Assembly (NCBI GenBank): GCA_044349645.1 | Contig: JBIKQP010000001.1 | From: Flavobacterium sp. | GTDB lineage: Bacteria > Bacteroidota > Bacteroidia > Flavobacteriales > Flavobacteriaceae | Direction: 5' to 3' (one strand) | Length of the DNA: 64,000 bases | Shown: positions 19,124-27,229 of the stretch, in pieces | How positions within the stretch are numbered: the first letter of the stretch is position 1 | Layout of the letters: each line of letters opens with the position of its first letter | Translations under genes and position numbers: made by a program | Notes under the pieces: generated by a model | Seen by the model: the letters and a program-made list of their open reading frames with translations, nothing else | Databases searched by the model: none | Told to the model about the DNA's origin: nothing

Positions 19124-19511
19124 TTAAAATACCTTAATATTAATAATTTTTCTTTCCGTATTTTCATCCATACAAATGATCATTACATATTTATTTAATG
19201 CCGGTTTAGCTCGTTGGTCGTAAATTGATTCCATTATTACTTTATCACTTTTTTTGTATAATGTATATATATGATGTGTGCGAGTATTCATCATGTAATT
19301 GTTTATTGAACTTAAATTGTTTGAAAAATTGAACTGTATCTAATTTTGTAATATTTAAGTCAAACTTATTAATTAACTGTTTAACTGATGCCGAGTCGCG
19401 TTTCCATAAATCGTTTAATTCATAGAAGTTTCCGGCTTTTCTAATTGGAATTTGACCTAATGATAAATTAGAAAATAAAATAAAACAGAGAATTGAGATA
19501 AACTTTTTCAT
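19124..19511 (-). pseudogene. Frameshifted secreted hypothetical protein
   Basis: Signal-peptide ORF from ATG 19511 stops at 19245, right after a (TA)n/A7 tract. A shifted frame continues SDKVIMESIYDQRAKP...IINIKVF* to 19124. Confidence 0.55.
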
Positions 19512-19528
19512 AAAATAAAAATTAAAAA

Positions 19529-20158
19529 TCACTCCTTTACACACCTAACAAAGTAACCCATTATCCAACTGGTGGAATAGTTCATTAAATTGTCTATTCC
19601 TTTAGATAGATTATAATAACGAGTGTCATCTTCTAGGGTTTCGGAATTTTTTGACCACCAAGTACAAGAATCTTCTAATCCGCCAAATCCTACATCACGC
19701 AATCCACCGGGTAAGGCATTAAATCCATAGGCATCGTCTAGTTTTTTTTCTTCACCCCAAGCGGTAGCCGATTTTAATTTGGCACCAGCCACTTCAGCTC
19801 CCCCCAATTCGGCAGTTAGAATTTCCCAATCTTTATCACTTGGCAATCGCCAGCCTTTTGGTGCTAAGCCTCTAGGGTCATACAAAGCAAAGCGGTTGTA
19901 AAGCTTTCCGTAAATTTTTCCGTTTTTAGTGTCCATTTCATAGTAACACCAAGCGGGTTGTTTTGTAAAGCCAGCTTTTTGCCATTGATCTGCAGTTTGC
20001 GCTTGCTGAATTACATTCCCGTTTCGAAATTTACTAACATTTAAATTCTCACTCATCCAGGTTTGATTTCCTATTTTCACTTCTTTTTGTGCCGAAATAC
20101 TATTGCTTAATAAAAGTACCACTCCAACAACCAATGTATAAATTTTAATTCTTTTCAT
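19529..20158 (-). CDS. Fibrobacter succinogenes major paralogous domain (FISUMP/Fib_succ_major) protein
   Basis: VKIGNQTWMSENL, YGKLYN, LAPKGWRLPS..DW, GFNALPGG, C-terminal VRCVKE. Confidence 0.9.
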   Translation of the reverse strand: MKRIKIYTLVVGVVLLLSNSISAQKEVKIGNQTWMSENLNVSKFRNGNVIQQAQTADQWQKAGFTKQPAWCYYEMDTKNGKIYGKLYNRFALYDPRGLAPKGWRLPSDKDWEILTAELGGAEVAGAKLKSATAWGEEKKLDDAYGFNALPGGLRDVGFGGLEDSCTWWSKNSETLEDDTRYYNLSKGIDNLMNYSTSWIMGYFVRCVKE

Positions 20159-20254
20159 AATTAACCAATTTAAATTATTTCTATTTTCAATTAACGAAAA
20201 AAGAGTTGGTTTTATTATTTATAAAGTAGCGAAATAGGAGGGAGAATAAGAATT

Positions 20255-20289
20255 TAAACGTTTAATAACGAAATACATACGTTAACTAA
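20255..20289 (+). promoter_or_regulatory. Conserved upstream tandem site (LytTR-like), copy 2
   Basis: taaacgtttaataacgaaatacatacgttaactaa. -7 box TAAATTTG at 20328-20335. Confidence 0.65.
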
Positions 20290-20359
20290 ATAAATAATAT
20301 ATTCGTATTTATTATAAATAAATATGTTAAATTTGACAAACAATCAAAAAGCAAAAATT

Positions 20360-20566
20360 ATGAAAAAAATCTTAATCATGTCATTATTGACTATTGCATT
20401 ACTAAACGTTGGATGCAACAAAAAAACTTCTTCTTCTTCTGAAACTTCAGCTAGTTCTTCTGAAAAAAAATGTCCAAACGGATGTGATGGAGGAACACAC
20501 CCTAATGAAAATTTTCCAGACGAAATGGTTACATGCAATACATGTGATTTGTCGTTTAATAAATAA
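20360..20566 (+). CDS. Small lipoprotein with Ser-rich linker and CxxxC...CxxC module
   Basis: MKK..LLNVG-C lipobox, CPNGCDGG...CNTC. Start moved to ATG 20360, downstream of the promoter. Confidence 0.75.
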   Translation: MKKILIMSLLTIALLNVGCNKKTSSSSETSASSSEKKCPNGCDGGTHPNENFPDEMVTCNTCDLSFNK

Positions 20567-20629
20567 AAAAGACAATATCTGATTAAGTATTAATTTTAAT
20601 TAAGAGCTTAACTTTTGTAACTCTTTTTA

Positions 20630-20667
20630 ATTAATTAGTTGTTTATTTTTATAAACAACTAATTAAT
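20630..20667. repeat. Perfect 17-bp inverted repeat
   Basis: attaattagttgtttat-tttt-ataaacaactaattaat. Confidence 0.75.
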
Positions 20668-20683
20668 ACATAAGTAAACTAAA
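20665..20683 (+). promoter_or_regulatory. Partial copy 3 of the islet upstream site
   Basis: aatacataagtaaactaaa matches the promoter-proximal half of copies 1 and 2. A degenerate -7 box TAATTTTT at 20721 is at the same spacing. Confidence 0.5.
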
Positions 20684-20747
20684 TTATAAGTTTTTTCTTA
20701 ATTATATAATATATAATTATTAATTTTTTAAAAATTAAATTAAAATT

Positions 20748-21026
20748 ATGAAGAAAATTTCAATATTAAGTTTAGCATTATTTACTTTTTATAGTTGTGG
20801 CCCAAGCGCTTGCGATTGTCTGGATATAGTAGATAATAAAGTCCCTTATTTTGGAAATAACGGAACAAGTCATGCAAAGAAAACGGCTGATTGTTATGAA
20901 AAATTTTCTGATGAAGAGTATAGAAAATATACAGGAGCAGATGAATGGGAAAAGCAGGCAAAACATGCAGAAAGACTTCAGCCAATCGCTAGATCAAAAA
21001 TGATAAAAGAGTGTAATGAAAATTAA
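20748..21026 (+). CDS. Small Cys-patterned lipoprotein
   Basis: Lipobox FYS-C17. Cys at 22, 24, 49, 89. Confidence 0.8.
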   Translation: MKKISILSLALFTFYSCGPSACDCLDIVDNKVPYFGNNGTSHAKKTADCYEKFSDEEYRKYTGADEWEKQAKHAERLQPIARSKMIKECNEN

Positions 21027-21330
21027 TAAAATTAGTTTACTTTCTTTAGGTTTCTTAATTATAGCAAGTTGTTCAAAACCAACTTATTGTGAATGTGAGA
21101 CTATTTCAAGAGATGCAATTGTTGCTTCAGTTGGATTGCCAAGAGATGTTAATATTGACAAATTAGAAGATTGTGCTGAAAAGGTAAAAGAAGATATTAA
21201 TCTTAATTTACCCGCAAGTCAAATTTCAATTGATTATATTCAACAGGTTTCGTATGAAATGTGCAAACAAGGATATTATGAAGGGAAAGGAAGAGATTAC
21301 AAAAAATATTACAATACAGATAAACAGTAA
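21016..21330 (+). CDS. Small Cys-patterned lipoprotein
   Basis: Lipobox IAS-C19. Cys at 25, 27, 53, 83. Overlaps the previous gene. Confidence 0.8.
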   Translation: MKINKISLLSLGFLIIASCSKPTYCECETISRDAIVASVGLPRDVNIDKLEDCAEKVKEDINLNLPASQISIDYIQQVSYEMCKQGYYEGKGRDYKKYYNTDKQ

Positions 21331-21335
21331 TCCAT

Positions 21336-21584
21336 ATGAAAAATTTTTCGGCTTTTTTGGCATTCATATTAATAATAGGAACATGGAATTATTTTCCATA
21401 TTCTTATTTTTGTTTAGATTATCCTTTAACAGGGTGTGATGCATCATCCTTCTGGTGGAACTTACCGAAAGAAGCATATCAATACAAAGGGATTAGATGG
21501 GGATCTTATTTTATTACTAATTTTATAGTTACTTTGATCATACTTTTTGTTTTTAATGGTTTAAATAGCAAGAAGGAGCAGTAA
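21336..21584 (+). CDS. Small two-TM membrane protein
   Basis: Two hydrophobic segments flank an aromatic loop with Cx7C. Starts 5 nt after the previous stop. Confidence 0.7.
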   Translation: MKNFSAFLAFILIIGTWNYFPYSYFCLDYPLTGCDASSFWWNLPKEAYQYKGIRWGSYFITNFIVTLIILFVFNGLNSKKEQ

Positions 21585-21756
21585 TAAAAATTGATTATTT
21601 TAACTTTATATGAATCAAACTTTTAAATTCAGATTAATTCAAAAAAATGTCTTGATTAAATAATCTGATTTTAACATAAAAGTTGTTAATCAATATCTCT
21701 ACAATCTCAAAAATTCTTAACTTTATTTTTCTATATTTGATGTAAAATCATTTTAA

Positions 21757-24630
21757 ATGAAAGCATCATTTTCTTTTGTATTTGTTCTAATCACTTCGTT
21801 TGTTTTAGGACAAAATCTCAATCAATATGTAAACCCTTTTATAGGAACTGGCGGTCACGGCCACACGTTTCCGGGCGCAACGCTTCCTTTTGGAATGGTG
21901 CAATTGTCACCCGATACCCGAATTGATGGTAGTTGGGACGGTTGTTCAGGCTACCACTATTCTGACGCGATCATTTATGGCTTTTCACACACCCATTTAA
22001 ACGGAACGGGTTGTTCTGATTTTGGCGATATCATGATCACGCCATTCATGGGAAAAGCATCACTGGATAATAAAGTCTATTCTTCGAAATTTTCTCATCA
22101 AAATGAAAAAGCAAGCGCCGGATTTTATGCGGTGAAATTAGACAAGCACAATATCGATGTTCGTTTAACGGCTTCAACTCGCATTGGTTTTCATGAATAT
22201 ACTTTTAATACTGCCGGTCAAGCCAATGTGGTACTTGACTTAAATCACCGCGATTTATTGTTGGGTGGCGAAGTTCATATAATCAATAGCACCACAATCG
22301 AAGTGAGAAGAGAAAGCGAAGCTTGGGCAAAAAACCAAATTGTATTTGCTCGAATAGAGTTTAGCGCACCTATGAAAGTTACTGATATTCGTAGTAACGG
22401 CGATTACATGCATTCCCCAGAAAACGAATATATCAGGGGAACGCAAACGGCAATTTGCTTTTCCAAACAAGTAAAAAAAGGAGAAAAAATCCTCGTGAAA
22501 GTATCGCTATCGCCAACGGGATATGAAGGTGCAAAACTAAATAGTTCTGAAATTAAAGGCTGGGATTTTGAAAAAGTAAAAAAAGAAGCCGAACAAAAAT
22601 GGGATTCAGAATTGTCGAAAATCCAAATTACATCTGACAATAAAGACAAAAAAACGATTTTCTATACTGCCTTGTACCACACGATGATGCAGCCCAATAT
22701 TGCCCAAGATTTAGATAGGAAATACCGAGGAAGAGATAACAAAATTCATGTTGCCGAAGGATTTGATTACTATTCTGTATTCTCCCTTTGGGATACCTTT
22801 CGCGCTGCTCACCCGCTTTACACGTTAATTGACAAAAAACGAACTGCCGATTTTATCAATACATTTTTAAAACAATACGAACAGGGTGGAAGATTGCCCG
22901 TTTGGGAATTGGCTTCCAATGAAACCGATTGTATGATTGGCTACCACTCCGTTTCGGTTATGGCCGATGCGATGGCAAAAGGCATCAAAGGGTTCGATTA
23001 CGAAAAGTGTTTTGAAGCAGCCAAACATTCAGCAATGCTAGATCATTTAGGATTGGACGCTTATAAACGACAAGGCTTTATTTCGATGGACGACGAACAC
23101 GAAAGCGTTTCCAAAACGTTGGAATATGCTTACGACGATTGGTGTATTGCACAAATGGCCGAAATTTTGAACAAAAAAGAAGACTACAATTATTTCATGA
23201 AACGTTCTCAAAGTTGGAAAAATGTCTTCGATTGGAATGCTGGTTTCATGCGACCAAAGAAAAATGGTGGTTGGAACAAGCCATTCGATCCTAGGGAAAT
23301 CAATAATAATTTTACCGAAGGGAACTCGTGGCAATATTCGTTTTTCGTACCTCAAGACATTCCTGGGATGATTGAAGCCTACGGCGGTGCTGCAAAATTT
23401 GAGGCCAAGCTCGACGAAATGTTCAATAGCGAAAGTAAAACTACCGGTCGTGAGCAAGCCGATGTTACGGGATTAATAGGCCAATACGCCCATGGAAACG
23501 AGCCGAGTCATCACATGGCGTATTTGTACAATTATGTTGGTAAACCTGAAAAAACGACCGAAAAAGTGCATTTCATTTTAGATAATTTCTATAAAAATAC
23601 CCCTGATGGATTAATAGGAAATGAAGACTGTGGCCAAATGAGTGCATGGTATGTGTTGAGTTCAATGGGGATTTATGCCGTTACACCGGGTGAAGAAAAA
23701 TGGGAAAGCAATGAGCCTATATTTGATACAATAAAAATTAAAGACGAAAGTGAGATTGATTTAGTTGACTACAAAAGAGAATATGTAAATGGAATTTCCA
23801 ATAAAATTTTCATTCTTGGAAAAAAATTAAAAGAAGAAATGATACAAAGTAGAAGTGCGATGGGTTATCAATTTACAAAATCGATTCAAAATAGTAAATT
23901 TAAACCAATTGTTCCGGCTCCACTAATTCAAGCGGAAGGCAAGTCGTTTAAAGATAAAATGGCGATTGAAATTGTGTCACAAAATCCAACAGATAAAATA
24001 TACTATTATATTGAAAGAAAAAATGAAGACAAATCTGCTAAAATTTGGGAGATCTACCATGGACAAATAATTATCGAATCCAATACGGAGATTATTGCTA
24101 AATCTCAAAATGAGAATGGCAATAGCGCGACAGTTTCAGCAAGATTCTATAAAAAACCATCCAATTATACCATCGAGATAAAATCTAAATTCAATCCGCA
24201 ATATACTGCTGGTGGCGATGAAGGAATTATAGACGGAATTAACGGAACTGAAAACTGGAGAAAAGGCGAGTGGCAAGGGTATCAAAGTCAGGATTTTGAA
24301 GCGATAATCAATTTGCAAACCGAGAAAAACGTTTCGAATTTCAGTGCGACTTTTCTACAAGATTCGGGTTCGTGGATTTTAATGCCAACAAAAGTGGATT
24401 ATTTTGTTTCGAATGACAACGTGAATTTTACTTTGGTGGGAACTGTCACCAATAGTATTAGTCCAAAATACTCGGTAAACAAAATCCAAAATTTCGAATT
24501 TAAAGCTGCTCAAGAGCTAAAAGCAAAATACGTTAAAGTGAAAGCCTACAATTTTGGCAAACTTCCCGATTGGCATCTAGGCGCTGGTGGTGACGCTTTT
24601 ATTTTTATTGATGAAATAACCATTAAGTAA
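21757..24630 (+). CDS. GH92 alpha-mannosidase with C-terminal Fn3-associated and F5/8-type (discoidin-like) domains
   Basis: VNPFIGT, PFGMVQLSPDT, SLWDTFR, YAHGNEPSHH, GNEDCGQMSAWY and C-terminal FIDEI. Confidence 0.93.
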   Translation: MKASFSFVFVLITSFVLGQNLNQYVNPFIGTGGHGHTFPGATLPFGMVQLSPDTRIDGSWDGCSGYHYSDAIIYGFSHTHLNGTGCSDFGDIMITPFMGKASLDNKVYSSKFSHQNEKASAGFYAVKLDKHNIDVRLTASTRIGFHEYTFNTAGQANVVLDLNHRDLLLGGEVHIINSTTIEVRRESEAWAKNQIVFARIEFSAPMKVTDIRSNGDYMHSPENEYIRGTQTAICFSKQVKKGEKILVKVSLSPTGYEGAKLNSSEIKGWDFEKVKKEAEQKWDSELSKIQITSDNKDKKTIFYTALYHTMMQPNIAQDLDRKYRGRDNKIHVAEGFDYYSVFSLWDTFRAAHPLYTLIDKKRTADFINTFLKQYEQGGRLPVWELASNETDCMIGYHSVSVMADAMAKGIKGFDYEKCFEAAKHSAMLDHLGLDAYKRQGFISMDDEHESVSKTLEYAYDDWCIAQMAEILNKKEDYNYFMKRSQSWKNVFDWNAGFMRPKKNGGWNKPFDPREINNNFTEGNSWQYSFFVPQDIPGMIEAYGGAAKFEAKLDEMFNSESKTTGREQADVTGLIGQYAHGNEPSHHMAYLYNYVGKPEKTTEKVHFILDNFYKNTPDGLIGNEDCGQMSAWYVLSSMGIYAVTPGEEKWESNEPIFDTIKIKDESEIDLVDYKREYVNGISNKIFILGKKLKEEMIQSRSAMGYQFTKSIQNSKFKPIVPAPLIQAEGKSFKDKMAIEIVSQNPTDKIYYYIERKNEDKSAKIWEIYHGQIIIESNTEIIAKSQNENGNSATVSARFYKKPSNYTIEIKSKFNPQYTAGGDEGIIDGINGTENWRKGEWQGYQSQDFEAIINLQTEKNVSNFSATFLQDSGSWILMPTKVDYFVSNDNVNFTLVGTVTNSISPKYSVNKIQNFEFKAAQELKAKYVKVKAYNFGKLPDWHLGAGGDAFIFIDEITIK

Positions 24631-24632
24631 TT

Positions 24633-24674
24633 TTTTTGTGAAACGCTGTATTTGCTTTGTGTAACTTTGTAAAA
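24633..24674 (+). repeat. Short periodic (ctttgtg-type) intergenic repeat containing a -7 box
   Basis: tttgtgaaa-cgctgtatttg-ctttgtgta-actttgtaa. TAACTTTG at 24662-24669. Confidence 0.45.
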
Positions 24675-24680
24675 CAAATT

Positions 24681-25442
24681 ATGAAAATCGCCTTAATCCA
24701 AGCGCCATTACTTTGGGAAAATCCAAAACAAAATCGGAGTTATTTCGAAGACAAAATCAATTCCATTACTGAAAATGTAGATTTGATTGTCCTTCCAGAA
24801 ATGTTCACCACCGGGTTTACCATGAATCCAAAATCCGTTGCCGAAACGATGCAAGGGGAAACTGTTTTGTGGATACAAGCATTGGCGAAAGCCAAAAATT
24901 CGGCAATAACAGGAAGCTTGGTAATTGAAGAAAATGGGAATTTCTATAATCGGTTGGTGTTTGTTTTTCCATCAGGCGAAATGAATACCTATGATAAAAA
25001 ACACTTGTTTTCTCTTGCTGGAGAGGATAAAACGTATACTTCTGGAGTTGAAAAACTATTAATTGATTACAAAGGATTTAAGATTTGTACGCTCATTTGC
25101 TACGATTTGCGATTTCCGGTTTTTGCAAGAAATACCGAAGATTACGATCTATTAATTTATGTTGCCAATTGGCCCAAACCAAGAATTAACGCTTGGGATG
25201 CCTTAATAAAAGCGCGCGCTATTGAAAACATGTGTTATACCATTGGGGTAAATAGAATTGGCGAAGATCCCAATAAACATAATTATCCAGGGCACTCTCA
25301 AGTGATTGACGAATTAGGAAATTACCTGATTGAACCTCAAGAAAACGAAGGCGTTTTTATTACTACTTTAAATAAAAACTCATTGGTTGCAACCCGAAAA
25401 AAGTTTGGCTTTTTGAACGATCGTGATGCTTTTTCAATCTAG
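24681..25442 (+). CDS. Nitrilase-family amidohydrolase (omega-amidase YafV-like)
   Basis: E-K-C triad in LPEMFTTGF, YDKKHLF, ICYDLRFP. ARAIEN. Confidence 0.92.
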   Translation: MKIALIQAPLLWENPKQNRSYFEDKINSITENVDLIVLPEMFTTGFTMNPKSVAETMQGETVLWIQALAKAKNSAITGSLVIEENGNFYNRLVFVFPSGEMNTYDKKHLFSLAGEDKTYTSGVEKLLIDYKGFKICTLICYDLRFPVFARNTEDYDLLIYVANWPKPRINAWDALIKARAIENMCYTIGVNRIGEDPNKHNYPGHSQVIDELGNYLIEPQENEGVFITTLNKNSLVATRKKFGFLNDRDAFSI

Positions 25443-25443
25443 T

Positions 25444-27042
25444 TTATCTGAATAAATCAAAAGTTTGATCTACATCCCAATTGGCACGAACATCAATTTC
25501 TTTTGGAAAATAAATCACTTCTTCGGGCTGTCGTCTTTCTAAGAAATTCCCAGAATCCCATTCTTTATTTCCATTGGCATCATAAATTACCCGGAGGGTA
25601 TATTTCGCAGGTTCTAAAAACATAAAATCTGCAAAATTGACTTTGTCTAAAAATTCAGAAGCAACCACATCGCCTCTATCGTTGGTTAATTGAACAATAA
25701 CCGGAAATTGTTTTACATTGGATAAATTAACCCTTAAATTCCCATAATCAGTGGTGTTTCTTGTATTTACCTTGTAGGATAAGGTATCGTTTTTTTGACC
25801 TATATAATCGGTTAATGCGCCCGGAAGCAACTGAAATTTATAACTTTGTAAAGGCTCTTTTGGAAAATCAAATTTTAATTCCTGATTATAAACATCGTAA
25901 CTTGTGGTAAACTTCACATTCACAGAATCTTTATCGGTAATCTTAATTTTAGATTCGTCAAATTTCACTAACGGGCGAGTGGAAAAAATTGCAAACAAAT
26001 CTATTTTCGATAACCCCAAGCTCGTTTTTGCAGAAAAACTTAAAGAGTCTTTCTTCTGTTCTGTTTTCTTAAATGTATACGATTTATTGTAATTTTCATT
26101 GGCAATAGCCAAATTTAAAGAATCTGCTTTTATCGGTTTATACCAAACTTGAACCGAATCTTTAGAAGGAAATTTGGTTACAATAGTTGGTATAATTTCC
26201 TTCCCTTTTTTAAGAACTACTTTCATGTTTTTCGGATTTCCTTCATAACCCAAAATCAATTTATTTCCAGTCGTTTGAAAAGGTTTTACAGTTTTAAAAG
26301 GCAAAACTTCTTTGAATAATTTCAATTCAAATAGGCTGTCATTTGGAATAGTAACCAACTGTTTTCTGAATCCAATTTTATCGTCTTTCGGATTGAATTT
26401 GTTATTGCTATTAGCATCCTTCATTGCCACCAAAAGGTATTTTCCTGCTTTTACATTCTCAATCTCAAAGGTTTTCAAACTGTCCAAAGTATTGGTAATA
26501 TATCTCGGCACCGATTTATAAACTACCGAATCAGTAAATTTTTCATTCACCTCATACAACATCACCGATACAAAAGAATCCTCTTTTTTATTCAACGCAT
26601 CTTTAATCGTTCCACCCACTTTTAACGAATCGATATAGCTACCCGTAGAAAAAATATACTTGAACTGGTTGTAAGGATTCCCCTCATTATTGTCCTCGAT
26701 ACTTTGCCCGAAATTGAAACTGTAAGTTGTATTTTCTTGTAAAGTATCTTTAATTTTAATGTTAATTATTTTGGTCGCATTAAGCGGTGAAACCTCAGGA
26801 TTGTATTTCAATGGTGGCGAAACAATCAGCTGTTTGTTTAGGTTTTTTAATTTTACGTATTCGTTAAATGTCAAATTTATTTCCTTTGCCTTAAAATTCA
26901 CGCTTAAATTTTTTGGAAAACTCGCTTTCAAAACGGGTGCAATAGTATCTTTTAACCCGCCAGTAATATAGCCGCGTTTAGCGCAACCAATTACAGTCAG
27001 CGCCAATAAAATAAAAATATACCTGATTTTGTTTTTCAACAT
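25444..27042 (-). CDS. Ig-like (Big_5) domain lipoprotein
   Basis: Lipobox VIG-CAKRG..TGG.KD..AP, N-terminal Ig-like segment, C-terminal D.NGN..WD.G. Confidence 0.8.
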   Translation of the reverse strand: MLKNKIRYIFILLALTVIGCAKRGYITGGLKDTIAPVLKASFPKNLSVNFKAKEINLTFNEYVKLKNLNKQLIVSPPLKYNPEVSPLNATKIINIKIKDTLQENTTYSFNFGQSIEDNNEGNPYNQFKYIFSTGSYIDSLKVGGTIKDALNKKEDSFVSVMLYEVNEKFTDSVVYKSVPRYITNTLDSLKTFEIENVKAGKYLLVAMKDANSNNKFNPKDDKIGFRKQLVTIPNDSLFELKLFKEVLPFKTVKPFQTTGNKLILGYEGNPKNMKVVLKKGKEIIPTIVTKFPSKDSVQVWYKPIKADSLNLAIANENYNKSYTFKKTEQKKDSLSFSAKTSLGLSKIDLFAIFSTRPLVKFDESKIKITDKDSVNVKFTTSYDVYNQELKFDFPKEPLQSYKFQLLPGALTDYIGQKNDTLSYKVNTRNTTDYGNLRVNLSNVKQFPVIVQLTNDRGDVVASEFLDKVNFADFMFLEPAKYTLRVIYDANGNKEWDSGNFLERRQPEEVIYFPKEIDVRANWDVDQTFDLFR

Positions 27043-27112
27043 GCGTTTCTAAATTTGATTACACAAATTAACAATTATATTTTCTGTATTCGAAATCTTT
27101 TGACTTTTTATT

Positions 27113-27181
27113 AGGAGCTAATCCGGCTATCATTCCAAATCCTCGCTAAAAAGCTCGGGATTTTCCCTTCTATCCGGGCTA
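27113..27181 (+). ncRNA. Second structured intergenic element, related to 14796-14880
   Basis: Shares GGCTAT...ATC-hairpin-GGAT...CTTCTATCC. Helices agc/gct, ccgg/ccgg and aaatcc/ggattt. Confidence 0.5.
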
Positions 27182-27187
27182 AAAAAC

Positions 27188-27218
27188 AAAAAAAATCCCC
27201 GTTTCTCAACAGGGATTT
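27188..27218 (-). terminator. Terminator of the RND operon
   Basis: aaatccc...gggattt stem followed by a T run on the minus strand. Confidence 0.7.
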
Positions 27219-27229
27219 AATTTATATAT

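Noticed and set aside
18352-20683. Islet motif read as integron attC-like cassette sites
   Set aside because: The copies are direct-repeat type, not palindromic, and sit at constant spacing from promoters rather than at gene 3' ends.
18230-21757. attL/attR duplication of the tRNA 3' end around the islet
   Set aside because: I found no second copy of ttccaagtgggacca downstream, and there is no integrase.
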